A stretch of DNA of 64,000 nt. Source: a virus (taxonomy: Duplodnaviria; Caudoviricetes). The position numbers and the translations under genes were made by a program. Where the stretch lies: the IMG/VR virus record IMGVR_UViG_2597489889_000001, positions 51 through 64,050 of that record; one strand, 5' to 3'. The stretch's first letter is position 1, and each line of letters starts with the position of its first letter. Shown in pieces: positions 1-9,114 of this stretch. Under the pieces are notes generated by a model. That model had not been told where the DNA came from. It did not search any database and saw only the letters and a list, made by a program, of their open reading frames with translations.

Positions 1-1
1 A

Positions 2-991
2 CTACAGGGATTTTTTCGGCATTGTCGGCGGCAGGCCCACGTTGATTTTACGCAGGCGCAGATAACGTTGTGTCATCTTTGCATCGGTGTGGCCACCGAG
101 CTTCTGTGCGTCGTTGCCCTGGTCGTCCGTGTCGGAAAGCGACTTGGCGCGCAGGTCATGGAGGCTTGCATCTTCAACGCCGGCCTTCCTGCAGCTGATT
201 GCGAAGGCATCTTTCACCGAGCTGTAGTGCACTGGCTTGCCGCCGCGCGGGGAACAGAACAGCGTGAGCCCACGGATCTTCCTAGGCAGCGCCTTTGCGC
301 GCGCGACCAGGTCTTCCAGGTCTGGAGTCATTTGCACCAGCAGCCTTGCGTTCGTCTTCTCCTGCTTGAATGCAATGCCTTCAGGGCTGATGTCGGCCAA
401 TCGGATGGACAGCACGTCACCGATGCGCTGGCCGGTCAGGTAGCACATCTCGTAGATGACGCGCATGTTGTCGCTCGAGTTGGCGCAGATCGCCTGGAAT
501 TCGCCGTGTGTTATGTACCTGTCGCGCTTGTGCTCTAGGTGCCGACGGACGCCAATGCAGGGGTTAGAGTCGACTATCTGCTGCTCAAGCGCGTAGCTGA
601 ACACCGCCCGCAACACCGAGATCACCCGGTTCGACATATTTGGCGTGTCCGCCATGTGAAGCTTGAGCGCGACGACGTGCCGCTGCAGTACCTCGCGTGG
701 CTCGAAGTCGGCGAAGTTTTCCTTCAGTCGTTCGCATGCCGCTTCGTACTGCTTGAGGGTGTTCGGCTTGAGGGGCGGCTTTGTCCTGGTGCGCATCTGT
801 TCGAGGGCATCGTCGATCAGTTTGGGCATGCCGCCCTGGCTGCCCTTGTCCAGCAGCATCGCGTATTCAGCCAGTGCTGCCTGAAAGTCAGTGCCTAGGC
901 GCTTCCACTTCCCCTTGCGAACCAAATAGTAAGCGCCATGTTTCTGGTACATGCACGCCGGCAGGTGCCGGTCCTTCTTGCGCGGTCGCAT
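2..991 (-). CDS. Tyrosine recombinase (phage integrase)
   Basis: Catalytic motifs TGQRIGDVL, LHDLRAK, LGGHTDAKMTQRY (R-K-H-R-H-Y); next to a xis-like gene. Confidence 0.95.
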   Translation of the reverse strand: MRPRKKDRHLPACMYQKHGAYYLVRKGKWKRLGTDFQAALAEYAMLLDKGSQGGMPKLIDDALEQMRTRTKPPLKPNTLKQYEAACERLKENFADFEPREVLQRHVVALKLHMADTPNMSNRVISVLRAVFSYALEQQIVDSNPCIGVRRHLEHKRDRYITHGEFQAICANSSDNMRVIYEMCYLTGQRIGDVLSIRLADISPEGIAFKQEKTNARLLVQMTPDLEDLVARAKALPRKIRGLTLFCSPRGGKPVHYSSVKDAFAISCRKAGVEDASLHDLRAKSLSDTDDQGNDAQKLGGHTDAKMTQRYLRLRKINVGLPPTMPKKSL

Positions 992-1000
992 CGACTCACC

Positions 1001-1195
1001 TCAACACAGCCGCAATTCCGGCCCCTTCCTTGATTGAATACCACCCAGGCGCCCGATGACAACTTGGCGCAGTACCTTCGGGTGCCCATCACCACCTACC
1101 GCGAACCCGTAGCGTTCGGCGGTAAGCCACTTTATCTGTGCCCCTGGCTTCTTGTAGCCGGTCAGGTCGGCAACTTCCTCTGCTGTCAGGAACAT
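1001..1195 (-). CDS. Excisionase-like small DNA-binding protein (DUF4224-like)
   Basis: 64 aa, MFLTAEEVADLTGYKKPGAQIKWL; directly upstream of the integrase. Confidence 0.75.
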   Translation of the reverse strand: MFLTAEEVADLTGYKKPGAQIKWLTAERYGFAVGGDGHPKVLRQVVIGRLGGIQSRKGPELRLC

Positions 1196-1197
1196 AT

Positions 1198-1806
1198 CTA
1201 CCTCCTTTCGTGTCGCGACACGTTTTCGGTATCCGTGGATGGTGTCGCGGCCTCTTTGTCAAGCGCGGCGCCGGCGATCGCCTTGATTGCTTCGCACTCG
1301 GTATAGAAGTCGTTCGGGTTGATCCTGGGCGTTCCCCAGTTGACCAGATCCCGAACCAGGCACTCGGTGTTGCTTTCGACGTGGCTGTACACATTTGTCA
1401 GGCCCTTGCGCAGTCGCTCGTTCTCGGTTCCCAGCAGGTTCGCCCGGCCAGTTGCAAAAGCTGCCGCCTTGCTTTCGGTATTGATGACCTGTTCGGCCTT
1501 CGCGCAGGCAGCGGTAAGCCTGTCGATTTCTGCGGTGAGCACCAGTATTGCCTTGGGATTCGCTCCCGCAATGAAAGCGGCGTTCGCCCGGCACTGCTCG
1601 TCAGTCTTGACCAGGCAGTTGGCGAAGGTGTTGGCGATCCGTCCACCGCGTTTGCGACCGCTGGCGATGTAGCTGTACAGCACATTGTTGTGCTCGTTGA
1701 TGTAATCGCCGTCGGTGATCCACGGCCCAGGGGTTGCGGCCTTGGCCAGGGCGGTCAGGTCAATGGCGAGCTTCTGTGCCGCATTCTTCTTACCCATGAT
1801 TCGCAC
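1198..1806 (-). CDS. Ead/Ea22-like phage early protein
   Basis: ALAKAATPGPW ... ANAAFIAGANPKAILVLTAEIDRL signature. Confidence 0.7.
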   Translation of the reverse strand: MRIMGKKNAAQKLAIDLTALAKAATPGPWITDGDYINEHNNVLYSYIASGRKRGGRIANTFANCLVKTDEQCRANAAFIAGANPKAILVLTAEIDRLTAACAKAEQVINTESKAAAFATGRANLLGTENERLRKGLTNVYSHVESNTECLVRDLVNWGTPRINPNDFYTECEAIKAIAGAALDKEAATPSTDTENVSRHERR

Positions 1807-1957
1807 CTCGCTGAAAGTGATCAGCCAGCACCCGGCGCGCGTCGATACCGCATGATGACGACATAGCGTAGATCTGGCCGAATGTGGTCTCCCGGCGCTG
1901 CAGGGCGTTGAACAGTTCGATCAGGCGTTGGCCCTTTGTTCCATTGCAGCACTTCAT
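1790..1957 (-). CDS. Small phage hypothetical protein (55 aa, MKCCNGTKGQRLIELF...)
   Basis: ATG at 1957 overlaps the upstream stop; fits the coupled early-left operon. Confidence 0.6.
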   Translation of the reverse strand: MKCCNGTKGQRLIELFNALQRRETTFGQIYAMSSSCGIDARRVLADHFQRGANHG

Positions 1958-2688
1958 GGACGGTCCTCCCAGTCCCAGTGCAGTTTCGGATTGACCGGCG
2001 GATAGCACTGAAGCGTGTGCAGGTCGATCAGCGTGAAGTGGCCACCCATCCAGGCGCCGGTGTCGATGTGGTAGACGTTGCCGAGGATAGCCGGCTGCCG
2101 CACCGGGGTGTGCCCGACGATGACCGCCCGCACTTCACTGACTCCTTCGTGGTTCTCGTCGGTGATACGGCTGCGAGACCATTGGCAAACCGCGTCGACG
2201 TTGAGCAGGCCGGGCATCAGGCCGGTAAGCGCGTCACGGAGTATCGCCCAGACCGGGAAGGGGCAGTCCGCGTGCACGATCCCCACAATGCCCTCTGCCG
2301 TGACAACTTCAATTGCTATCGGCAGGTCAGCCAGCAGGGCGGCGTAGCAATCACGCTCTACGGATGGCAGCCCGAGCATCCAGGCGCCACCGTTTGCGAT
2401 GTGCATTTCGCTTGCACGTCCGTCCGGATCGAAGTGGTGCGCATCTACTACCATCGCCTCATGGTTGCCCTGGACGGAGAAGAACCATGGCTTGGCCAGC
2501 CAGGTATCCACCTCGGCAGACTCTGGCCCGCGGTCAACCAGATCGCCCACGCTGAACAGGCGATCCACGGCAGGATTGAACCCGATAGCGTCCAGAGCGG
2601 CCTGGAGCTTGGTGAAGTGCCCGTGCACGTCGCCGACGGCGAAGTCTCGGCCGCAGGTGTTGAGCTCGAATCGCTTGAACTTGTTCAT
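1954..2688 (-). CDS. Metallophosphoesterase, lambda NinI-like Ser/Thr protein phosphatase family
   Basis: GDVHG, GDLVDRG, GNHE, HAD, GHTP, IDTG motifs; likely start MNKFKRFE at 2688. Confidence 0.9.
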   Translation of the reverse strand: MNKFKRFELNTCGRDFAVGDVHGHFTKLQAALDAIGFNPAVDRLFSVGDLVDRGPESAEVDTWLAKPWFFSVQGNHEAMVVDAHHFDPDGRASEMHIANGGAWMLGLPSVERDCYAALLADLPIAIEVVTAEGIVGIVHADCPFPVWAILRDALTGLMPGLLNVDAVCQWSRSRITDENHEGVSEVRAVIVGHTPVRQPAILGNVYHIDTGAWMGGHFTLIDLHTLQCYPPVNPKLHWDWEDRP

Positions 2689-3101
2689 ACTGACGCACCG
2701 GGCATACCGCCAAACTCCAGCATTGCGCGGTCTATTTCGCGGTCTAGGTCGTCTTTCACCAGCAGGTTGCCAAAATGATCGCGCACCAGGATCTGGTTGT
2801 TTGCGCTGAACGCCACGTATCGCAACCACTCATAACGCCGAGCGTTGGCTGCCATCCGCACGCGATCGTCGATGTGTGTCGCATCGGCAGTGATGAGAGT
2901 GGTGACGGTGTTGGCCAGAACGTCGAGCAGGATCTGCTGGCGGTTCTGCCCATCCAGGTACTGGCGAACGGCCTGGATGAAAACGCTATTCATGCTGCGA
3001 TCGCTGGCATTTGCCGCGGCTTCAATGTCAGCCCGCAGGCCGTCGGGAAGTCGCACCACAAACTTGTCAGCGGTGCGGGAATCGTAATTCGGTGAGTTCA
3101 T
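2685..3101 (-). CDS. Arc-family ribbon-helix-helix DNA-binding protein
   Basis: DSRTADKFVVRLPDGLRADIEAAANASDRSMNSVFIQAV. Confidence 0.85.
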   Translation of the reverse strand: MNSPNYDSRTADKFVVRLPDGLRADIEAAANASDRSMNSVFIQAVRQYLDGQNRQQILLDVLANTVTTLITADATHIDDRVRMAANARRYEWLRYVAFSANNQILVRDHFGNLLVKDDLDREIDRAMLEFGGMPGASV

Positions 3102-3153
3102 AGTGTTCTCCCGGCCGATGGCGCAGATCTGCTCCATCGGCACTGTGGACTTA

Positions 3154-3321
3154 TTAACTGGGCTTTGACTTACCAGCCATCAGCACCACCAACAGCAGGA
3201 CAACCAAGACCAGGTCGCCCACCATTGAGAGGATGCGACTGGCCGAGTCGACGAAGACAACGCCACCGGCGAGCCCGTAGGCTGCCAGTGACCGAGCCTT
3301 GGTACCGAACCTGGCCAGCAT
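3154..3321 (-). CDS. Small membrane protein (55 aa), absent from the ORF track
   Basis: Hand translation MLARFGTKARSLAAYGLAGGVVFVDSASRILSMVGDLVLVVLLLVVLMAGKSKPS; starts 2 nt after the TerB-family stop. Confidence 0.65.
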   Translation of the reverse strand: MLARFGTKARSLAAYGLAGGVVFVDSASRILSMVGDLVLVVLLLVVLMAGKSKPS

Positions 3322-3323
3322 GG

Positions 3324-3758
3324 TTACAGGTGGTCTTTCAGGTTGAGGCCCAGCAGCTTGGCGCTGCGCTCCAGGGCGGTCAGTTCGGTCGGCTCGATCT
3401 CGCCATCCGCTTCGGCAACGGTCAGCATCACGTTGAGCACGGTCAGTGCCTCGGCTGGCGAGTGCGCCAGGTCACTAAGCTCTTTCTCTGCGTTCTGGCG
3501 AAGGATGCGGGCGCCGGACTTGAAGTCTGTTTTGGCGCGGTCGATGGTGTTGGAAAGCTCAGCGCCGAAGCCTTGAAGGGCCGGGTTATTGCTGAGGATG
3601 GTTTCGATCTTGGAGAGCTCGCTTTCTTCCAGCTCGCCATCAGCCGCGGCGACATAAATGGAGCCGTAGACCACGGCCTCCATCAGGTCACGGTTGGCCA
3701 GCTTGGCTACCGCAGCGCGGGCCTGACCAGATTTCTTGCCGAACATTTTACCGAGCAT
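3324..3758 (-). CDS. TerB-family (tellurite-resistance-like) protein
   Basis: Duplicated motif VAAADGELEESE / VAEADGEIEPTE...LE...LGL. Confidence 0.85.
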   Translation of the reverse strand: MLGKMFGKKSGQARAAVAKLANRDLMEAVVYGSIYVAAADGELEESELSKIETILSNNPALQGFGAELSNTIDRAKTDFKSGARILRQNAEKELSDLAHSPAEALTVLNVMLTVAEADGEIEPTELTALERSAKLLGLNLKDHL

Positions 3759-3760
3759 GA

Positions 3761-3976
3761 TTACTTCCTTTCAGTGGGTGCGCTTTTGCGCGGGGTTTGA
3801 ATTACGTAAATCACGAGAGAGGCGGTGACGATCATCCAGACGCAGATGCCGAACACGCCGCCGATCAGCTCGAAGTCGCTGGGGTTATCGAAAATCACCG
3901 GCACGGCCTCGGAGAACCAAATCAGCGTTGCGAACAGGTAGAGCACGAACGACAGCAGGTACTTGAACAGCTTCAT
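3761..3976 (-). CDS. Small two-TM membrane protein
   Basis: MKLFKYLLSFVLYLFATLIWF...GVFGICVWMIVTASLVIYVI. Confidence 0.65.
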   Translation of the reverse strand: MKLFKYLLSFVLYLFATLIWFSEAVPVIFDNPSDFELIGGVFGICVWMIVTASLVIYVIQTPRKSAPTERK

Positions 3977-4040
3977 TTCACTTTCTCCTGGCCGAACGAA
4001 TCCCGGCCGCGTTGTTGGCTTTCGCAAAAATCAGGTTGGG

Positions 4041-4421
4041 TTAAGCGGTTTGAGCGGCCTCGATGCGGCGGACGGCCACGCGGGTTTCAATTCGGCGCTC
4101 ACCTGTGCGGCGGATGCGGCTGAACTGTTCGGTGTTGGCTTGTTGGGCTGTCAGGATCATGCACAACATGATCACCAGCGGCGTGATGATCTGGCGCTTG
4201 AAAGCTTCCAGCACCAGCCCGCGCATCGTCTTGACGCCCAACTTGAAGCGGGCGCTATCGAGGCGTTTCTCGGCAGTGATTGGGCTGATACCCATTGCGC
4301 GAGCCACCTCCTTCACCGTCATATCGCAGGCAGCCCACAGGGTGGCTTCAAGCTCGCGAGGAGCCAGGCCCATCTTGAGATTGCCCTGCCAGTTGCCGGC
4401 GGTGAGGGTGTTGGTGGTCAT
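4041..4421 (-). CDS. Phage LuxR-type HTH protein, first gene of the leftward early operon
   Basis: LAPRELEATLWAACDMTVKEVARAMGISPITAEKRLDSARFKLGV. Confidence 0.8.
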   Translation of the reverse strand: MTTNTLTAGNWQGNLKMGLAPRELEATLWAACDMTVKEVARAMGISPITAEKRLDSARFKLGVKTMRGLVLEAFKRQIITPLVIMLCMILTAQQANTEQFSRIRRTGERRIETRVAVRRIEAAQTA

Positions 4422-4459
4422 GTCTGAAGCTCCATGCTGGGGTGCGATGGAGTAAAAAG

Positions 4460-4495
4460 TACCAAAGGTAATTAATCAAGTAAATACCTTTGGCA
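4460..4495. promoter_or_regulatory. OL-like operator pair
   Basis: Palindromes TACCAAAGGTA (4460-4470) and TACCTTTGGCA (4485-4495), 25 bp apart, same motif as between cI and cro. Confidence 0.8.
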
Positions 4496-4515
4496 ATATT
4501 AATTTCGGCTAGCCA

Positions 4516-4545
4516 AAAAAACCGCCCAGCAGCGGCGGCTTTTTG
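4516..4545. terminator. Bidirectional intrinsic terminator downstream of cI
   Basis: AAAAAAACCGCC-cagcag-CGGCGGCTTTTT hairpin with A and T tracts. Confidence 0.55.
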
Positions 4546-4549
4546 CGAC

Positions 4550-5326
4550 TCAGGGTCTCGATACCCTCACACTTCCCCCGCGCCATACCACTCTTCCAAT
4601 TAACGGGAGATCTACGGCTGCTGAATTCGGGATAACCTCGTCGGGGAATAGCTGCTTGTCTTGGTTGTCACACCTCAGCACCCAGTTCCCCGAAATTTGC
4701 TGTGCTAACCGCCTAACGCTGGTCCTGCCGTCAGGCATGCGGATTAGATATATCTCGCCGTCTTTCAAGGACGGCTTGTACGTGTCAATCATAACCACGT
4801 CGCCGGACAAAATATGCGGGGCCATACTGTCATCTCCGGCGTAAACGATGTTGAGCCTATCAAACACAACCCCCATCTCCTGAAGCCAGCCCCGCCTAAA
4901 TACCATGCCTTCCGTGAGCCCGCGATGCTCATCATTCACGCCCGGCACGAAGGAGTTGTCGTCCAAATACTGCGGTATTAGGACGTACTGCTCGCGGGGC
5001 GGAGTATCAATGATACGGGCAGTTTTAGCCCAGGTTGTCCGAAAAGAGTCTGCAGTGATGCGGGATGAGGCAACCATCTCAATGATTCCCGCTAGGCGCG
5101 GACTGAACTCAGATACGGGCACATCCAAAATCTTGGCAAAGGCAGCCGCGATCTCGGTGTTTAACGGATTCACACCGTTCAGATAGTGCGATACGGAGCT
5201 TTGGTTGATTCCGAGCTGCTCAGCCAGCTTTTCCTGCGTGAGCTTCAACTGTTTCTTTTTTGCGGTGAAAATTGCCTTCAATCGGAGACATTCTTCTTTG
5301 CGGTCGGCGGGCAATGGTTTTTTCAT
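4550..5326 (-). CDS. CI-like repressor (HTH + S24 peptidase)
   Basis: HTH LTQEKLAEQLGINQSSVSHYLNG; S24 motifs GDDSMAPHI and RTSVRRL; divergent from cro. Confidence 0.93.
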   Translation of the reverse strand: MKKPLPADRKEECLRLKAIFTAKKKQLKLTQEKLAEQLGINQSSVSHYLNGVNPLNTEIAAAFAKILDVPVSEFSPRLAGIIEMVASSRITADSFRTTWAKTARIIDTPPREQYVLIPQYLDDNSFVPGVNDEHRGLTEGMVFRRGWLQEMGVVFDRLNIVYAGDDSMAPHILSGDVVMIDTYKPSLKDGEIYLIRMPDGRTSVRRLAQQISGNWVLRCDNQDKQLFPDEVIPNSAAVDLPLIGRVVWRGGSVRVSRP

Positions 5327-5339
5327 CGGTCGATAATAT

Positions 5340-5399
5340 TCCCATCAGTAATAGTTTAACAAATGCCAAAGGTATTGCTTTATGAAAATGCCATAGGTA
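5340..5399. promoter_or_regulatory. OR-like operator triplet
   Basis: TCCCATCAGTA (5340, weak), TGCCAAAGGTA (5364), TGCCATAGGTA (5389), spaced 24-25 bp. Confidence 0.75.
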
Positions 5400-5433
5400 C
5401 TATTTTTCCAAAGTTTTGTTTGGAGATTTGGCC

Positions 5434-5736
5434 GTGAAACATATCAATCTGAAAGATTTTGCCAAAGATCGCGGTCAGCCCGAAGCGGCCTCAATTCTAG
5501 GAATGACTCAGGGAGCGCTTAGTAAGGCTATTCGAATCGGCCGGGATGTTCTTGTCATTGAGAAGCTTGACGGGACATTCACCGCTATAGAAATCAGAGG
5601 GTTCCCCTCGCGCATTGATCGTAACTCAGCGCCAGGCAACGTCCCGATGTTGAGTAAAACGATACGCCTATCGCTCATCTCTGAAGAGTCTGGCAAGCCA
5701 TCTGGTTATCCGTCCAGTACTGGGAGGGTGGCGTGA
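5434..5736 (+). CDS. Cro-like repressor
   Basis: GTG start; KHINLKDFAKDRGQPEAASILGMTQGALSKAIRIGR resembles lambda Cro. Confidence 0.85.
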   Translation: MKHINLKDFAKDRGQPEAASILGMTQGALSKAIRIGRDVLVIEKLDGTFTAIEIRGFPSRIDRNSAPGNVPMLSKTIRLSLISEESGKPSGYPSSTGRVA

Positions 5737-6272
5737 TGAATAACGTAATACGCCTGGATTTCGAAGGCCAGTTGGTGCGTTTCAATACAGACGGCTGGAT
5801 CAATGCCACCGAAGTAGCAAAGCGCTTCGGAAAGAAGCCCATCAAATGGTTGGAGCTACCAAGCACCAAGAGCTACATGGCAGCCATGACCAGGCACCTC
5901 GTTAATGAGGTCCGATTTTCGGACCTCAAACTTGTCGAGACTGTCCGGGGGCGCGGCAAGGCAGGAACGTGGCTTCATCCGAAATTGGGCGTGCGTTTCG
6001 CGCAATGGCTCGATGACGACTTCGCTGTCTGGTGCGACACGCAGATTGATGCGCTGCTTCGTGGCTTCCCCTCGGCAATGGGGCGGTTCAACCACGCTTG
6101 CAAGCGGCTTGATGATCGCCAGTCACAGGCAAGTGCCAGCGGCCGCGATCTTGCTGAATGGAAGCGTGAGAAGCCCGGCTTGATCGCCGAGGTTGAGCGC
6201 GGTCGTAACCAACTGCAGATGATCCTCGCCCTGGACAACCCAGAAAACCACAGCTTGCAGGCCTCGTCATGA
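5733..6272 (+). CDS. KilA-N domain protein
   Basis: DGWINATEVAKRFGKKPIKWL...GTWLHPKLGVRFAQWL. Confidence 0.9.
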   Translation: MMNNVIRLDFEGQLVRFNTDGWINATEVAKRFGKKPIKWLELPSTKSYMAAMTRHLVNEVRFSDLKLVETVRGRGKAGTWLHPKLGVRFAQWLDDDFAVWCDTQIDALLRGFPSAMGRFNHACKRLDDRQSQASASGRDLAEWKREKPGLIAEVERGRNQLQMILALDNPENHSLQASS

Positions 6273-6398
6273 GCGCCTGCCCATCCCTGTATTTGCTGTC
6301 CGGTTAAACCCCAGACAGCAAAAAGCCAGCTGTCGAGGCTGGCTTCTTAATCAGTCCCCTGCAAGGGACTTCTTTGAATCTTCGTCGGAGAAGACGAT

Positions 6399-6737
6399 AT
6401 GTCACACCCAAAAAATAGCAACAATCAACCCATAGCGCAAGACTCACTCACAACTGTGGTTGATTTTTGCAATACACCTATCAGCAACACAGGCGTCCAA
6501 ATGCTCCAGGTCGTTGCCGGTATTGAATCGCGCGATGCGATCCAAAAGGCCCGCACCCTCGCTTCGGGTCTCGGCCAGATCTGTCAGCACATGCACGACA
6601 GCCTGAATTACGGCGAGATGGTTTATTGCGACGGCATGGCCACTTTGCAATTCGTGGCCGATAGCGTCAGCGCGCTGCTGTGGTCTGTCCAGAAGGGCCT
6701 GCCCTCCGAGATCGAAAGCTCGGGGGGTGCCCAATGA
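6399..6737 (+). CDS. Phage protein, DUF3077-like
   Basis: QVVAGIESRDAIQKARTLASGL motif; RBS GGAG. Confidence 0.55.
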   Translation: MSHPKNSNNQPIAQDSLTTVVDFCNTPISNTGVQMLQVVAGIESRDAIQKARTLASGLGQICQHMHDSLNYGEMVYCDGMATLQFVADSVSALLWSVQKGLPSEIESSGGAQ

Positions 6738-7072
6738 AGCCTCCAATGTGGAACCAGCTACTTATTGATGTCGAGCGCGAATTCCCATCTACGCACGGCA
6801 AAGGGGCAAGGCTCAACCCAGCTCAAGTCGAGCAGCTCCAGGAAGTGGAAAACGCCAACGACAACTTCCAGATCAGCACCCTGCACGGGGTCGCGGCCAT
6901 TGGCGAACTCATCGCTCATGCCGCGAATCACGGCGAGCTGACTGACGAGCTCGCCATGAGTACCGGATGGCTCATCAATTCACTGGCCCTTCTTTCGATG
7001 TCCATGGCCGAGGCCGGCGCAGCCGCTGCATACAAGCTGCAGAACATCCCGCACCAGGGAGCCGCCAAATGA
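6734..7072 (+). CDS. Phage hypothetical protein
   Basis: ATGA overlap with both neighbours (start MKPPMWNQ). Confidence 0.65.
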   Translation: MKPPMWNQLLIDVEREFPSTHGKGARLNPAQVEQLQEVENANDNFQISTLHGVAAIGELIAHAANHGELTDELAMSTGWLINSLALLSMSMAEAGAAAAYKLQNIPHQGAAK

Positions 7073-7362
7073 ACAATCCATTACCGACCATGCAACAGGC
7101 TGCTCAAGAGGCAGAGTTTCAGCTGTGTGCAGCCAAAGATGTGCTCGAGTGGCAGCACGCATTGATCAAGGCCATCCATCTAGACCACCTGCACGGTGGC
7201 GGACAAGGTATTGGCACCTTGTTCGAGGTGGCGAAGTACTTCAGCGACACCGGCTTCGGCGGGGTTTATAGCGCCATCGACCAATTCAAGGAGCTTGGCG
7301 AATCCGCGCCACAAAACGCGCAATACGAAAACGTGGCGCGGGAAAGTGGGGGTGATCAATGA
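7069..7362 (+). CDS. Phage hypothetical protein
   Basis: ATGA coupling, start MNNPLPTM. Confidence 0.65.
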   Translation: MNNPLPTMQQAAQEAEFQLCAAKDVLEWQHALIKAIHLDHLHGGGQGIGTLFEVAKYFSDTGFGGVYSAIDQFKELGESAPQNAQYENVARESGGDQ

Positions 7363-8210
7363 CCATCGCCAAATTTCAAGGCGGCGATGCCGTCATCACC
7401 ATCCACAACACCCGACTGCCTATCGTGGAGTATCGCGGCCAGCGTGTTGTCACCCTCGCCATGATCGACCAAGTGCATGAGCGGCCGGAAGGCACCGCGC
7501 GCCGTAATTTCAACGAGCACCGGGAACGGTTCGTGGAGGGTCGGGATTACTTCGAGGTGACCGCGGACGAAATTCGTACGCAGTCGCTTGGCCAGGCTTT
7601 CGCGCCCAGGACAGCTCGCGGTGCTTTGCTCACTGAGCGCGGTTACATGCTGCTGACCAAGCCATTCAATGATGACTTGGCTTGGGAGGTTCAGTCGCGG
7701 CTCGTCGACGAGTACTTCTCGCCAGTTAAGGCTCCGGCGCTTCCTGAGGACCTACCGGCCGCACTGCGCCTGGCCGCTGACCTGGCAGAGGAAAAAGCTG
7801 TGCTGACCCTCGAAAACCAGCAGCAGGCCAAGAAGATCGAGGCGCTGGAAAACCTGTTCATGCCCGGCGAGACGGTCCCGCAGTTCGCTAAGCGCCTCAA
7901 CGGCGTCAACTCCCAGCAGATGCTGGCGTATCTCATCGAAATCAAGTGGGTGTTCAACGCCGAACGCGATCCCGACAGCTCGCCGAAATACCGGGTTTAC
8001 GCCATCCCGCGCGACAAGCACTGGCTGACTGAGAAGCCGATCACGATCCGCGGCGAGGGGATTGTGCCGTTTATCAAGTACACGCCGGTGGTGCTGGAGG
8101 AGGGCGCCCGCCGGCTGCACGACATGTACATCGCCGAGAAGCTGCCCATGAAACAAACCTGGGACGGCAAATTCACCGTTAGCAAATTCACTTCGGAGTC
8201 ACCCCTATGA
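7359..8210 (+). CDS. ORF6N-domain antirepressor-like protein with KilAC-like C-terminus
   Basis: VEYRGQRVVTLAMIDQVH...RRNFNEHRERFVEGRDYF...LTERGYMLLTKPFNDDLAWEVQ; PEDLPAALRLAADLAEEK linker. Confidence 0.85.
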   Translation: MTIAKFQGGDAVITIHNTRLPIVEYRGQRVVTLAMIDQVHERPEGTARRNFNEHRERFVEGRDYFEVTADEIRTQSLGQAFAPRTARGALLTERGYMLLTKPFNDDLAWEVQSRLVDEYFSPVKAPALPEDLPAALRLAADLAEEKAVLTLENQQQAKKIEALENLFMPGETVPQFAKRLNGVNSQQMLAYLIEIKWVFNAERDPDSSPKYRVYAIPRDKHWLTEKPITIRGEGIVPFIKYTPVVLEEGARRLHDMYIAEKLPMKQTWDGKFTVSKFTSESPL

Positions 8211-8521
8211 GCAAGAAAACCACCTACGAAGAACTCATGGGGCAGATCGCCGAGGCCGCGGTTAAATACCAGCAGGCCGAGACCCAGCGCAACAGCCTGC
8301 GCCGCGAGCTGAATGCCCTTTACAAGACCTACTTCACTGCCTACGGGCACCCGTACCCCAACGAGCCTCGCAAGCGTATCGACCCCGAAGATTACCGGTT
8401 CAGCGGTGTGCTGCGCTTCACCGATGCAGCTTTCCAGCGCTGGATTGCCGCTCGCTACCTGACCACCAGCACCAAACGCAAAATGCGGACGCTCATTCAG
8501 CGCCTGGAGCGTGCGCTATGA
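8207..8521 (+). CDS. Phage hypothetical protein
   Basis: Coupled ORF in the early-right operon. Confidence 0.65.
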   Translation: MSKKTTYEELMGQIAEAAVKYQQAETQRNSLRRELNALYKTYFTAYGHPYPNEPRKRIDPEDYRFSGVLRFTDAAFQRWIAARYLTTSTKRKMRTLIQRLERAL

Positions 8522-9114
8522 GCAAAGCCTTGAATTTTCCAACACCGGCACCCGTTGAGATCATCAATGAGGCTCACTTCGAAAAATTCGATGAGGCGGC
8601 ACTGCTGCTCATGTGCTTTGAGGTGGCCGCAGACGCGGTAGAGGCGGTCTCTGAAGGTGAAGGAATCACCGAGCGGGATTGTAGCCACGTTGGGCTGATG
8701 GAGGTATGCATGGCGCTGGCTGTGATGTTCAGGCGCAGGACTGGGCATGAGGTTCAGCAAGTCTCGGTTGATCATCTTGCCCACGAGAGGAAGTGCTTGA
8801 TGGAAGGGCTGGAGTCCAAATCCCTGCCTATTCCCATTCGGCCTCCAGCGCTCAGCCCGTTACCAACCGCAGTATTCTCAGCCCTTGCGACTGCAGATCT
8901 GGCTCAAGTTGGATTCAACTACATCAGCCGATCGCATGAGCACATCAAGGGTAACTGCCCGAAACTCGTTGAGCTGGATCTCGCCCGCGCGCACTCGCTT
9001 GACGCCATGGGAGCGCTCGTTGTCCTGATCGAGAGGCTGTCAGGCGGCGTAGCTTCGATTGCCAGCAGCGAGACGCCAATCGCCAATGCGCCAGGCTCGG
9101 AGACGCTGCAATGA
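8518..9114 (+). CDS. Phage hypothetical protein
   Basis: Coupled ORF, 198 aa. Confidence 0.6.
   Translation: MSKALNFPTPAPVEIINEAHFEKFDEAALLLMCFEVAADAVEAVSEGEGITERDCSHVGLMEVCMALAVMFRRRTGHEVQQVSVDHLAHERKCLMEGLESKSLPIPIRPPALSPLPTAVFSALATADLAQVGFNYISRSHEHIKGNCPKLVELDLARAHSLDAMGALVVLIERLSGGVASIASSETPIANAPGSETLQ

Noticed and set aside
3324-3758. Functional tellurite resistance locus
   Set aside because: Lone TerB-family gene without the other ter operon genes
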